Part shown: positions 50,001 to 63,900 of the stretch, piece after piece
Layout of the letters: every line of letters begins with the position of its first letter
Numbering within the stretch: position 1 is the stretch's first letter
Assembly: GCA_036172245.1 (NCBI GenBank)
Contig: JAYWIR010000004.1
Location: 5,642,001 to 5,706,000, forward strand
Origin: Raillietiella orientalis
Lineage: Eukaryota
Length of the DNA stretch: 64,000 nucleotides
Reading direction: 5' to 3'
Program-made: the position numbers and the translations under genes
The notes under the pieces: generated by a model
What the model saw: only the letters and a program-made list of their open reading frames with translations
The model's database searches: none
What the model was told of the DNA's origin: nothing

Positions 50001-51739
50001 ACATTAGCACTGAGGGAAAATTCTAGGAAAAACCGAAAGCTCAGTTTTGATGTTCTGATTAAATACACTCAAGTTTTAAAAAGGACAACAGTTATTTCCA
50101 GGCCAAAAGTCCGTTGTTGTTTATGAGGGAGTTTACGGTTTTATCACCCTTACCTATAAACAATTTTCCTTCTCCTGTCTGCCGTTTTTTTAACCTCACT
50201 TTGAACTTTTGCCACTTCGTCGGGTCGTTGGACTTGGAGTGAAATGATGGCTTCATCTCAAAGGGGACAGAAACCACTGATACAACTCTACGCTGCTCCT
50301 CTGCAATCACAGCTCCTCTGCAAAAAGTGATAAGCAAATATTAAAAAGAATGATCCCATAATAAGAAACGGAAAACATTCCAAAGTTGATAGCCCCAGTC
50401 TGGAGATATTTGAACTAGCAGAGCAGAGTGGCAAAAGAAAAATCCCAGGGTCTCAGTGCTGGATTCCTTATTTGCCAGGTTATCAGGTTTTGGCCAAGTC
50501 AACACATAATGAGATCTCGAGCCAATTTTCCTGATGCAGACTGGTGTTTTTCCTACAGGATAGGTTCCTGCCAGTTTCTCCTATAGAGCATCGAAGAGCA
50601 CGCATATCTGGATGCGTTTCCTGCTCCCTAGCTGAAGTTCTCGTTCCCATCAACTTCATCCAGCTATTTAAGACGAAGGACATGAGTCTCGTCGAGAAAC
50701 GCTTTTTTTTTTTTTTTCACTCCCACATCGACAGTACACAGCTGAACTCTTTGAAATGAAGAAGGTATTTGCCGAACCTTTTCTGGATGCAGAAATGACC
50801 GGCCACGCCAAACGGAAGGCACGTTGGTACTTCGTGAGCGGTGATGGTAAGCTGACGCTTCCATTAGCTGGGTGATTTTCCGATTATTAAAGAGAGTTTC
50901 CGAATTTTATTTATGAATGAAGCATGTTCTTCCCATTTCTCCTTTTGAGAATAAGGCTCTTAAAGATTCCTGCTGTAAAAATGGAGAACGCTTCTTAGCT
51001 GTTTATTTTAGAATGAGGCACGTGATTGGGTCTGCAAGCTCAGAATGCAGCATGGGTACACTCGTATTTCTACTGGGCGATCCATCAAGTTGACTCTTCC
51101 TTTCAATAAGCACATTTCCGGATAAAATAAAGTAACTGAAGCAGAGACGAAGCAGACAAGAAAGCAAAAACTCACACACACAAAAACAACGAAATGAAAA
51201 GTACAAGCGGGCGCAAGGTGGTGCGACTATATTTCTTTTGCTTATGATTTTTCCGTCCTCTCCGTTGGAGTGATTTTCAAATAAAGAAAATTTCACCACA
51301 CCAACCATCGATATCCATTTCCCTAGTTTCCAGTGCCTCTCGACAGGAGCCATCTGCCACGCCTCGTATAGGTGTTACGTCGGATCCGTGATTTGATGTG
51401 CAGCTTTGTAAGAGGACAGTAAGTTCCGGTCGATAACACCATCTTTCCAACAGTACAAATGTGCAAATCTTCCGCAATTTAAACTACGAGGATTTTTCAT
51501 CCGTCACTGACGTTCTACGTCACCTGTTCTACGACATATGATTTTCGACGTGGTACGCGGTCACACACTGCGCATTCGGAAGATTATCCAAATTAGTTTC
51601 GGGTCCATCCTTGCTTGTAGACTGATCACATTTTTCCTTTTTCTGCATACATCCATGTGCAATTTATCGTTCATCGTTTTTAAAAACCGTTGCCAAAAAT
51701 CAATCAATTTACTGTACTAATATCTCCGTAGCAATTTCC

Positions 51740-51781
51740 TTTTTCATCCATCATGCATCTGGATGCATGATGGATGAAAAA
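51740..51781. repeat. Perfect 20-bp inverted repeat with 2-nt centre
   Basis: TTTTTCATCCATCATGCATC-TG-GATGCATGATGGATGAAAAA. Confidence 0.95.
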
Positions 51782-52249
51782 TATGCATATTTCGTTTCAA
51801 CCTAATATCGGACTATTACAGCTGCATAATTTAGATGCAGGAGAAGCACAGATGCATGCTGATCTCGCATCCAAATCGATCAAATCACGGCGTTGAAAGG
51901 TTCTTATTTTCGATTATATGTGACACCAAAGCAAACACAGTTCTCCGTTTCACGTGATCGTGAACGGATCAACCCTGCCCGTTTCCTATACAAATAAGCC
52001 CCAACACTGAAACTTCTGTTCAATACTCAAAGGAGAGCTGCTTCCAAAGCATGGCAAATGCACTGCTCGGCCGTTCACAAAGATCACGGGAACCGAGTTC
52101 CCGAAACTCCAAGGATGAATTTCTTTTTTCCTCTAGACCTCCGTTTGGCAATCGATTCGGAACTGCGATTAGCATGCTGTCTGTTTAAGAGCCACACTAT
52201 CAGTGTGGTTGCTTCACACGATATCATATTCCATGCACTCTTTAGCGGG

Positions 52250-52950
52250 AGGGACGTCTCTGTGCATTGAGGAGTTGACTGTCCTGATAGTCCTGAACCA
52301 GCATCGAAAGGTCTCTCGCTAAAAGCTCTGCAAATATTGCAAAAGGCAAAGGTCCGTTTCCCTTTTGCGACGAAGACTCCACTTCAGTCACTGTGTTGAG
52401 TTAGAGGATGATTTCCCCAATTTGTGAAGCAATCTTTAGTGATCAGCTGCTTGCCACATTTTCTCCTTCGGAAACTCATTGGGCGGAAATCTTCATTGGG
52501 AAGCTGGAAGAGATTGCGAACAGTTTGTGCGACGATGGTACAAGGAATGCCAACAAGAGAATTCGGTGTTGGTTGCAAGCAAGGAAAGTGCTACTTATTT
52601 TCTGTCCACTTCCTTCGGAAAAAAGCAAACGTTGAGAGATCTGCAAGAAATGTCATCGTGAACGAAGGGTGGACAGGCACGTCACGTTATGCAGTTTTTT
52701 TTTCCAGGGATCTTCTGGAAAAAGAAACAGTCGATGTGCCTGTTATCGTGCCATCTTTAAATGGTAGCTAAATCAGTGAGTTGGATGGTGATTAGAAGAA
52801 AATGTAGCATTGTAAACAGGGGAAAGTAAAGGTTCAGATAGCAAATCTGGAAGTTCACAGGGTAGCTTTTACAGGTTCAACAAGAATCGGCTTAGGTCAT
52901 CAGAAGTAACATCTGAGTACGCCCAATGTTGAAGGATAACTTATCCAAGA
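52250..52950 (+). mobile_element. Decayed RT core fragment (copy Q)
   Basis: EFGVGCKQGKCYLFS (cf. GVRQG), followed by TTT CCA GG GAT CTT at 52701-52714. Confidence 0.55.
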
Positions 52951-54399
52951 TCCTTTTAGGCTTTTTTTTTTTTTTGCTTGAACCATCCTAAAATTAACGT
53001 GATATTCCGGAAATGTATGCTGCTGCTTCATGCTGCTAAGCAAAATTAGGATTACTTATCTTGATGAAAGCATCACTTGGTCGCAAATTAATGGTATCCT
53101 CAACTAGACAGTGTCTGATACATGACAGTGTTTGCTTTTGATTCTTCATTTCTGCTTTTATTGCTGAGACATATAGAACAAAATTACATGTAATCGCATC
53201 TAATCTGCAGAAATAAATGAGGGTCATCCATTGCAAGAGAGGATTTAGGTACGTAGGGTTGATTAGGAAGACAGCCCAATGTTTTCGTAGATTAGATCAT
53301 TAGCTGACACGGTAATTGCAATAAAATCTTGATCATGATTACTCCCAAATAGCAACGGATTGTTTTGAGCTTAGGTCGGGATGATTTCCAGAAGACGTTT
53401 TCGATGATTGCTTGGGGTTTCCGGAAATCACTGCCCCACGAGATGAAAAAACAAGTACTGGAAGGTAGTAGCCGATATCATCATGTTAGTCTGGCTTTTG
53501 ATCACGCTGCATTCAAGCGCACTTTTTTCTTGTTTCGTATCACAACTATGTGCACTGCAATCCGTCCTGCATCTGTACCATTTCGAGCGGTTTTGAAAGG
53601 ACGAACTCGACCACTGCCTTTGCATTTTGTTCCCCACTTTACGAAATCTGTGAAAACCATCAAGGATGAACAAGATTTCCGAAAGTCCACATCATTAGCT
53701 TCCCAGAATCAAACACACCGGTGACTGTCCCATGCCTCATTTGTGAATTCAGGTTCTCCAAGTCTAGCTACTCTAGTACAATTTGCTACGCAATACTTAT
53801 CCTGACACCTTATCCCTAGCTCGTCGACATACGCATTCAGGACTAATGCAAAGGGCAAATTTTCGTCTAGTCTTCTCGATCTACATGATTGGATTTCATT
53901 GACTTCTTTTTTTTTTTTTTTGTTACAGGTACATTCTTTTCGCCTCCGTAATCGGTAACGAATTTATTTTCAGCTGGTATTCAGTATGCTGCTGGTTAGT
54001 ACTTGATCTTATTGATCAGGTCTTTTAATGATTATTTCATCAGATAAATTCTATCTAATTTGAAACAAGCTTCTTCTTTCATTTCTCATATCCGTGTTAT
54101 TTGTTAAGCACGTTGCATGTTTCATCCTATTTGTTCATTTTCTTCTGTTTCATTTGATTTGTCCAGTGTCCACCGACTTTCGTAGCAGCACGTTTTTTCT
54201 CTCAGTGTAGTGTCGCTGAACGTTTTGGAAATGTAGAAGCAATCGCTCACACAATAATTTAGGAAGGTCTAGCATGATCCAAGAGATAGTTTATCTTCAA
54301 CAGATAAGTGTCCGAATGAGCTGACGATGCATCATCTTCTTCCTTTCTTTTAGATTACAGATGCATTCTTTATTTTCACAGTTTGCTGCTTTGAGAACG

Positions 54400-56950
54400 A
54401 TAAAGAAATCAATTACATTGCGGAAGATCAAACCTTCAGCCACATCTCTTTCTCCTAAACTATTATGCCAACATGGCAATTATCCAAACTGTCACTCAGT
54501 TTTGTGGAGATATCTTGTGCCTCGTGACCACATGACCTCGTCTCCACGCTTCCTTGTGGATCTATTCGCTCTGCCTCAAAATGAAGTCGATCAACCTGAG
54601 TGTCCGAATGTGCTTGGCTTTCCAAGGCCACGCATGCCCCATAGTATCCGTTGCAAGACGACTTCTGAGACTCGAAGAGTTCCTCGAAAGGAAATCTGTC
54701 AAAGAAAGGAACCACTTTTTGTTTTCAATAATGGCACATTATCTTTGCACATGGATTATTCAGAGCTCCGAATTCTCCAGCGACACTCCAATGTCGGGCA
54801 TGCGTGTTACTGCTATCGAGATACTGCTTGATAGTCGGCATCTGTGCAAATAGTAACTCTTGATCCTGCTACTTCTGCGATGTGATCCGATACAACATGT
54901 TTCTGCAGTCTTAAATCAAGCTTATCTGCATCTCCATGCGAAAGAGCATTCTGGCTCGCCCCAAGGAATCCTTGGCAAAGGCAAAAGAGCTCCAAGCAAG
55001 ACGAGTTTTTTCAGCAGCACGCTGCTTTGTTATTTTTTCTCAAGAAACCTTCATTTCAAAGATAATTTTTCCCTCTTGGTATCCGAGTTGTGGTGTTTCG
55101 GAAAGCGAAAGATGAGGTGAAGATGGTCTGAAATAGCAGTTTTTCTAAACAGCTGAATGCGCCAGTTGACTTGCTCCATGAGAGAAAGAAGAGAATGCTT
55201 GCAAACGTAGCCTGACCTTTTCGTGCTAACTGCATCTTGTCTCTCTTTCATGCGCAGATTGCGTATGATGTGTACCGTGGCACCTGTACCTGATACGCCA
55301 TCACACATCCTGACAAAATGCGAACCTATTTATCACGTATGTCCAATTCCTCAGTCCACCCAAAGCATCCTTCAGAGCACCTTTACCACATGATTCTGCT
55401 CTTACCAGTTGTGAAGATACTCGACCGATGTGCAAGCGACGGAAAGAACAGCCTTTGCCATGAGGCAAGTCTGATGGCCAGCTATGAGCGCGACAGAGCA
55501 TGGCAAAGTGATCGTCCATCTCAGAGTAAGAATAAAGGCCCGATGAGATTTTCATCGTTTACCTTACAGTCCTGGGTTGAACATGCAGTTTCTCTCGGAG
55601 GCGCAGGGATTCTGTCTTATGGCGGGCTAGGACTTCCCAGTGTTTCAGTACGACTCCAATCCGATACTCACAGTGGCCTTTCATTCTTTCATCTCAAATA
55701 CTCGTATTATTTCTTGAGGTTCTGTCTCATTTTCTCGTTCCTTATCTACTGTTGCTTTCAACCTGTAGATTAACAGTCGAGAATCGCCTTGCTTCGATCT
55801 CATCCATATCCTCATCGACAGTTTGTTCTGAATCCAAGAGCAACAGAATAATCTATCCTAATTGATCCATTTCGACTGATTGAAGACAAACAAGGGTGCT
55901 CTTTCATTCTTCCGTGAACATCCTCATGGATCCAGGAGCCTCCGTATGATTCCTCCAACTTTTCCTGCCAACACCCTGCTTCATCTCCAACAATCGAGAT
56001 GCTGTGTTTACCACCATTTTGCAAAACGGGCCCTTTTATCTGTCCTCATCGATGAGGCCCCGTTCACACTTTGCCAGACATTCGTGACCTACTCGGCCTA
56101 CTTAAAACTTGGAGTCAGCAACGAAAACTTTCCGCTTGTTTGTCTTCCGCAGCATCGAAAGTGGTCCTGTGCTCAGAGCTTACGAAGTCCAAGTTCAGTT
56201 TCTTGATCTTAAGGAACTTTGATCGCTAATTTTGTTTAGGTTTCCTCGACTATGGGTGAGACTCTTGAAGATTCACTGGGTGGCTCCAAAGGTAATTTTC
56301 AATGACGCAGGATCAAATAATGATGTTCACATGAAGCCCAGATGAACCTGTTGCTGGCAGTAACCATGAACTGGAATCTCGACACAAGAGGGCAGCCCTA
56401 GGAAAATCGAGAGTTGGTCGTGTAGGATCATTCGCTAATAGATTCCAAGATGAGATTTGACCTGGTGCTCCAGAAAGGAGGCAGAAGATACTGGATGCTT
56501 CGTGTCTTTACGAATCTTCAGTCGCAGGCTCTACAGCAGACAGGATAGTGTCGGAAGGAAAAGTCAAGTACCAAGGACTGGCTCTCTATTTCACTGCCAC
56601 AGTAGTACCTGCATCCCTCACAAAGATGCTAGGATCATGGGATCCAGCAAATGATGATGTGCTGTGAGAACTCAAGACCTTTAGGAAGAGAAAGGCACAT
56701 CATGGAAGAAGTGGCATGCTCGAACATCAAAAACACTCATTGAACATGTCCTGAAAGCTCAAGGCGAGCCACTGGCTAACATAAAGTTTCTCTCAGGGAC
56801 CACAGCCTCATCAGAAGGAGAACAGACGAAGAACCCGGACTAATTGCGGGAGAAGGTGAAGAATTTTTCCCGTTATCATCCGTGTACCCGTTAGCATGCC
56901 AATGGTCACAAAGAGGTTCAGATCTTAACGTCCTTTTGCTTTTCCATTGG
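54400..56950 (-). mobile_element. Decayed LINE ORF2 (copy R)
   Basis: HGKGCSFRRL then RFAFCQDV (ORF 55301..55555). Outer limits uncertain. Confidence 0.45.
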
Positions 56951-57599
56951 CGATACTCCGTTGTGATCACTCCTCAGGACAGTGCATCCGCCTTTCAGGC
57001 TACTGGTTCTGCATCCAGTTTCGGAAAACCTGGCCGTGAACCCAGGAGAAAGATGCCTGAGTTCCGTATGAGGAGTATAGAGTCTCTTTGGAGTTCCGCA
57101 AGCGTCTCATGAACGAACCTTGGTTCCGATGTCTGTTTAACTGACGCACGCCGTTGTAGACTGAGACCAGTGAAAAATAATTTGACAACCCGATCAGACC
57201 GGCATTTATTCAGAGCCGTCAGCGGCTTCGTTCCGAAAGCTAGACACAAGGAACGCTCTTGGTTTCAGGAGACCTTCTGGTGCTGTTGGCAGGGAGATTT
57301 TCATGGTTCCCGTTTTGAGAAGCGAGCGCAAAAAAGCAGACGAGTACGAATCGCGCCTTCCGCTCGCCCTCATTTTCTGCTTTTCAGATTTAGGATTTCG
57401 GAGGTGAATGGATCGGATGCCGGGAAAAACGTGAAATGAACATCTCCGTGTGCGTATGCGGGAATAATCGGGTGGAAGGACGGATCTCCTCCGAGCGATC
57501 CGTCGGAACATCCGTCTCTCCTTGCTCATTTGTATAAGCACAGAGCTGGCATCAATACGCATCCGCTGCAGGTTAAACGGAGTCTCAGGTTCGTGGCAT

Positions 57600-60380
57600 C
57601 ACCCCTCAAAGCCTGCCGCATCAGTCAATGGATGAGAGCAGCCGCGTCATCTACCTCATTTCCACACAGTCAGAAAAACACGGATGGATTCACCGTTTCC
57701 CACATCTTGCTACGAATCGGGCACGCTTCCAGCGGGGAAGCCCCTTAAAGCAATTTTCTCTTAGAAAGGGATCAGCGTCTTGGCACACTCTAATTCGCCA
57801 TTGCACTGTGGATTTCCGATGTCCTGGATTTCGAAATTCTTCTTGAGAAGGAACGGCAGCTCGCAAGAAGACGGGAGGAGGAGTGGAGCCGAAGGGCAAG
57901 TCGTGCAAACAAGAGTTTTAGAGCGGCTCCATGGGCTCGCACGATCAAACTCAGCAACGGCTGCGGACTGCTGCCAGCGGGGAAGCCTGGTTTCACACGT
58001 GACGCCTCTGTGGGCAGAAGCGATCTGTACGTGCGTGGACGGACGGATGGACGAGACTAAGTTTCAGCAGACACAGACACCCATTTGCGAACATTTTCGC
58101 AGCGACAGTCGGTTCTGCTAGCAGCCGAAGACGTGCACTGCATGGGGAAGCGGAAGAGCGGGAAAGAAGAGCGCCCACGGCAATCCCGTCCTCTTTCACC
58201 ATGGAAGGTGTCTCCCTGTGGAGAGAAACCAAGGCGATGGACGCAGGTCGCAGAAGATGAACTCTGAGCAACTTGCGGACAGGCGGAAACTGCACTGCGC
58301 CTCTCGTCCCCCCCTCCACCCCCCAACACTGGTCCAAGACTGGAGTTTCCTGATAGTGGATGCTGAAGAGAAGACGGCAGAGGAAATCCAGAGGGGGCTG
58401 TTTGCAGGAACGACGCGGTTCCAAAGCGCAACCCAGTGGTCAGCACACATCTCCCCCTCTTCATCACAAGAGTGCTGATAAGAAGGAAACCCGTCATCAA
58501 GGGAGGCGGGAGGCGGCGGCGAAGGACATTGCTGAGAGCCTCGCGAGAAGGAAAGCAGAAATCAGGAGATGTGAAAACGTCCCAGCAGGGATGTACCGGT
58601 ACTTTCTCTGCAGAATCAGGAGTTGCTCTCGGAGAAGAAACAAAAATAATTGATGAGGTCTAACAGGGGCATGTGATCTTCTGTTAACAGCTGCGGCCGG
58701 TTCATCGCCAACAAGTATCCTTTTTGGGTGGTGTAAGCAAAGTCGGGCTTGATGAATGAGCCTCAGAGGGAAAAGCACAAGGACCCACAGTTACGAAGAT
58801 GCAATTCGCATTCTTGGTAGATGTGAAAATATTTCGTCTCATCAAAAATGAGAGGTGGTGTCGGATGATGCGAGAAAAAACACACACACACACAAAAATA
58901 CTGGCATCGACTTCACGGATCAGTAACAACGAACCACCCCATCGTTCTTTTTGAAAAGGATCGAGACGTTCCAGAGCACTTGTCTTCCTGCTTACGCGTG
59001 TGCACATGGGTTTTGATTTGCTCTCCGGCTGCATTCACACGTGATCTTAAGTTTCCAGTCTTCCAAGACGAAGTTGATATTTCCCTACGTCTCCTTCCTT
59101 TCAGTTGTTGTTCCTTCATTGATTTTTGTCTTCCGTATCCCGGAAACGCAGCCCGTTCACCTCCTGATCTCAAGAAACGGAGTCTTGCTCACACAGCACG
59201 TTGAAGGACACTAAGTTGCCGAGGCTACATCTTTCACATTTGATCGAGCATCCTTTGATTTGGTGTTCTCACTCTCCTCGCCCCTCTACCACGCGCGCAC
59301 TTGAAGTTTTCCTCCCGTCCAGAGTCCGGGAAGTCCGCCATCTCGAATTTCGGACCTCCCCGTTTGCGCGTGGCTTCGCTCGTGTGTGCGACTGGTGGCA
59401 GGCACTGTCGCCCAACATTTCGTGTGTGGAACACGGGCGCGAGGCGTACTAGATCTTGGGGTTCAAGTGGCACGGAACAGGGAGATGTACCGACTGACTC
59501 TTTATCCTTCTCAGACGCGCCAAGCGGAGCCATGACGATTCCTTGAATGGGAAACTGCAGCGCGAAATCCCGATGGCCAGTGCTTTTGCCCTGGAAGACT
59601 GTTGCAACTGTCCAGGAGGGAAGGAGAGAGGGGGATGAGCAGTCGTATGGGTTTTCCGAGGCTCCTAAAGGGATGCCGCGGTGGTCTGCTCGAAGCTTCT
59701 GGTTTTAGAAGGGATGCCGTTCGCTCTCCCTCCCGGCAGGCTGGTTCTTGACTTGTCAGGATAGAGGGGATGCAGGATTCGTCGCAAATTGCTCTTCCTA
59801 TTAAAGATGATTATAGTTTTATGACACTGTCAATGTCATCCGGAACCAAATTGGTTTTTCTTCCTTCAATTAGGGAATTCCCCCCCCTCCTTCCTCCCGA
59901 AAATTCGAAGAATAAAGGACAATTTTCTCTCTTCCCAAACTTTCACGGGACGAAAAAAAGACGATGGAAAACTCGTTGGCGGCTGGGCTGCAGGCAGGAG
60001 TCCCGCACTGTAGCATAGGACTCCGAACTCCAGGAAATCTCGAAAAAATCACCGAGTCGGTTTCCGGGTCCGTTCGCACGGACCAACCTGTACCATCCTG
60101 CACATCCATCTTTTCTTGACGCTGTTGGGTGTGTGGGGGGGAAGGGAGAGGCGGCCGCGGAAGAGAAGGAGGGCGCAGGATCTGCAGTTATGACGCCCGG
60201 GGATCACTGCCGAGAACATATGCTGGTCGATCTGGATGACCGCCGTTCTCTTCTCGCCGCAGAAGAATCTCCTCTGGTTTTTCGTGGGCAGCCTCTCGGG
60301 GGCTGTGGGGTTTCCTCTGCGTACGCCATCGCCGGGTGCCCTTCCGGCAGCATCTCATCAGGAATGGGAGGAAGCAGGCC
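57600..60380 (+). mobile_element. Decayed LINE ORF2 (copy S)
   Basis: QDWSFLIVDAEE, RPSTTRAL, LSPNISCVEHGR, GSVRTDQPVPS and VDLDD (60226-60240) in order. Confidence 0.55.
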
Positions 60381-60539
60381 AAGAAGAAGAACCACAGGAA
60401 AAAGAAAAAAAAAAAGGAAGAAGGAAGGAAAGAAGGAAAAAAGCGGGTCTTTGTATACTTTCTAGAGCGTTCCGAGGGAACGGGAGCCGTATCGAGCAGT
60501 TTGCCATCCATTTACCAAGGAACCTGTCCCCGAATGACA

Positions 60540-60820
60540 GCGGCGACGCGTATCTTGATTTATTATTCAATTATCTGTATGCTAAGAAGATGCAACTTGA
60601 TTTATTCATATTCCAAAATGCCTGGGAACTATTAGCGATTTGCATAAGGAAATTGAAGTGGACAGCGGACCTGATTGGGAAGCAGTCACTATCTGCGCCC
60701 GGAGTGTCACGGCATTTCCTGCGGCAGCACCGCGGTGGGAATACGGGGACGGACTCTGATTGGACTCGCGTCCGGTTCTGGATTTTAGAAAGGGATGAAT
60801 TACGTGATGCTGCGTCCCCC
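60540..60820. promoter_or_regulatory. Putative enhancer or promoter island
   Basis: TGATTTAT at 60556 and 60598, octamer ATTTGCAT (about 60638) and two GATTGG (reverse CCAAT), next to a CpG-rich stretch. Confidence 0.35.
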
Positions 60821-61479
60821 CGGCTTCCCTTCGCCTCCCTCCCTTCCTTCCTTCCTTCCTTGTCGCGCGGGCGCGGGAGGGCGGGTGTCGCCGCCTCTTC
60901 GGCAGCCCGAGAGCAGGAGGCGCGGCGGCGGCTGCGGCAACCCTTCCCAGGTTCTCTCTCTCGGACAGCAGCATCAGCTCTTTCGCGGGGAGAGCGAGCA
61001 GGGAGGCGGAAGCAGGTCCTCTCAGCTCGAGGGACGACATTGCGTCCGGGCAACGGGCGAGGTGCGGCGCACGTTCCCTCCCCTCCTTTTCCCTCCTCTC
61101 CGGTTGCGGCTAGCGGGAAGTGCAGGGAAGGGGGAGGACGTCGACCGACGGTCGAGCGCCTCCCTGCTTCCTCCGGAAGAAAGGAATTTCCTTGCGAACA
61201 GAGGAGGATCCTTCCGGCATGCACTCCCTCTGGGAGTTTTCCCAACCGAAAATCCCTCCTCCCTCCGCGCTCCCGATACTCGCTTTTCGGGCCACTTGGA
61301 GGAGAACGCCCTGTAGCAGAGAGGGAAGCGGCGATTGAGGCTGCCTCAAGGCTCTTTCCGCGGAACGCAGAGCGAGGACGACGACGCGTAGCCAGAAGTC
61401 AGGGAAAGGAGACAGCGATCCCTCAGAGAAGGGGAAGGGGGAATTTCCGAAGGTAATGTTGGGAAGGCCGTTGGGGAGT

Positions 61480-63900
61480 GAATATCACTCGGGCAAGGTG
61501 GGGAGCGGTAGCTGCGCTGCTCCTGGATTCCACTGACCACTGACTTCTCGTCTAGGAAAGAGGGCGCGAAAACGCGCATGGGAACAGCAAGCAGCTTCCG
61601 TGGGAGGGCTCCCGGCTGCCGATGCTGGGCGCGTCCGCTCATCTGGAATCTTCCCAAACCCTGCTCCCCAGTGCTTGCGCTTCAGTCAGCCTTGGCTGCG
61701 TCGAAGGAGATTAGGCCTCGCTGCGGACGGGGGATGGACCGAGGGCGAAAAGCAGACGCTGACGCTTCCAGAGGAGTCCATACAGAAACACACACGAGAG
61801 AGGCGGGGGCTCTACTCACAACGTAAGAAAAAAAAGGTGATGCCCGAGATGGATACTCGACCCGAGGTCCCCCGTGCCGAGTGGTCTTCTCGAAGGAACT
61901 TCCGGGATGCTCTTCCTCCTGTTCCAGAAAACAGTGCTTTAAACGACAGGGGAGCCCGCTGCGAGGGAGAATGGTCGCTGACAGCAATGATCCCATCGAG
62001 ACTCCATCCGATGAAGATGGATATCGCCGGTATCAGCTTACGGGTTTTCCATCTGCTTTCTTCGGGCAGTGAAGGTGCCGCTGCGTCCGAAGGGAAAGGC
62101 GACTCTCCCGTTGGGATCCCGCTATCTCAGGGACTCGACTGTGGTCGGGATTCCCTCAAGGAAAGGACATGCTCTTCACGGGACCGATGCCGTTGTCCCC
62201 ACCCTTGTGTGGCCGCTGCTCCCGCCCTCGTGTTCGGAAACTTGCTCTGCGCCTCCCGGTCAAGTTTCCCTTGTGGAAACTGAGCGGCGAGATCATTCCT
62301 GAGAAACCCAAGGATACCCTTCCTCTCTTTCCTCTTCAATTTCCGATCTCTTTTTCCGAGCAGAAGGAAGACGAGTTGTCCCAACGGAGACCGCAACCGC
62401 CTCCTCCTAAGCCTCCCAATCCCCCTTCCCGACCCCCTCTCTATAAAGGAGGGGAAGAAAAGAAGCCTTTGTAGTAGGATGCTGTATGGTATTCCCGCTC
62501 CCAAGTGCGCCAAATGGGTCACTTGCAGCAACTTCCCATTCTTTTCGCGGCCGGGAAGAGGTTGTGAGCCGCCGCCACCTGTCCAACCGCAGCCTCCCTT
62601 CGCGTCTGCAGCGCCTCCGCTTCCACATCTTGCAGCTATGCCGTATGGTGATATACGCATTTTAGGATTCAGCTTCCTGCGTACAAACAGAAGGAGAGAA
62701 GGAGGAGGAGGAGGAAAAGAGGAAGAAGGAAGGAGGAGGAAGGGCGGAGGAAGAGAGGAATTTAGTCATCACTCCCCGATAGGATCGAGGATCCCATTCT
62801 CTAGAAGACGATGCAGAGCATCCAGCTCATCGCACCCGCAGTGTGACCCCATTCTCCTACTTTGTCCCCTCCCCTAACGCGAACAGCGTGGATCCTGGAG
62901 ATCCGCCCAGCTTCTCGCGCGCCGAATTCCCATCTGCTCCACTGGCAGGAGTCCCAGCCTCCCTCATTCAGTGATGGTGAAAAGGAGAGGGGACTGGGTC
63001 TCCTCTGGGAGAGGTTTGGCGTCCGTTCCTGCAGCAGATGGGGGCGTGCCACTCCCCCAGAGCGACTCCGTTTTCGACTTCTTTCCTGACCTTGAGGGTC
63101 AAATCCACTAGAGTCAGAGGCGGAAGCGGACAAGGAGCTGCAGCCAGGGCTCCATGTAAAGCGGAAGTGGAGTGCGCCGCCACCCCTTGGAGCTTCCACC
63201 TCTCCCCTCTCCTTCCCCGCATCCGAAAGAGCAGCCAAGGGACACTGCGTTGAATCTCGCGTCGCTCCGGGCGTGTTGAGTGGGGTGCAGCGGGACGATC
63301 CGCTTTGATGGAAGGTCTCCTGAGGCCCCACGTCATCCCTCCTCGGCGGACCGGATTGCGGGCAAGAGACGTTCACCCGGAACACCGTGTGGAGCAGAAG
63401 CATGCACCATGGGGAGCAGGAATTCAGAACCTAGGATGCGGTGTCCTGCTGCCGCGCGCGAGGAGCGACCTCCTCCCTCTTCACAGTCCGCGGTCTCTGC
63501 TTTCTCTCTTCCACCCACCCTTGATCTCAGTAGGAGGAGGGCAGGAGCGAGTGGCCCTCCGCTGACCTGGAAGAGGGAGAGGAGGAGTGGAAAACGAGGA
63601 GGGGATGAGCGCTCGCGGGAACGTTCGGGAAGCCAGAGGAAACGAATTCCTCCCCCCTCCCTTCCGCCCCATCCGTCAGACGGGAAGGAAGCAATTAGAG
63701 AGGTTAATCAGGCATCCAGGATGGGAATCTCCCTGCATCCGGGCTCCGGACCTGGGGAGCACAGGAACTCGCATGCCCCCAGGCGGCGGCTACGACGCGA
63801 GGAGCAGGGGGTCTCCGCTGCGCGCTTCCAAATGCTCCCCAAGGAAGGGAAGATCTGTGCTAGCGGCGGGGTCTCTGGGTGGGGAGCGGGCACGTGCGCG
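61480..63900 (-). mobile_element. Decayed LINE, ORF1 end and endonuclease (copy T)
   Basis: Knuckle-like RCTPLNTPG...QCP, IHAVRVRG (cf. NVRG) and RDPNGRVAF (cf. DxxGR). Confidence 0.5.
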
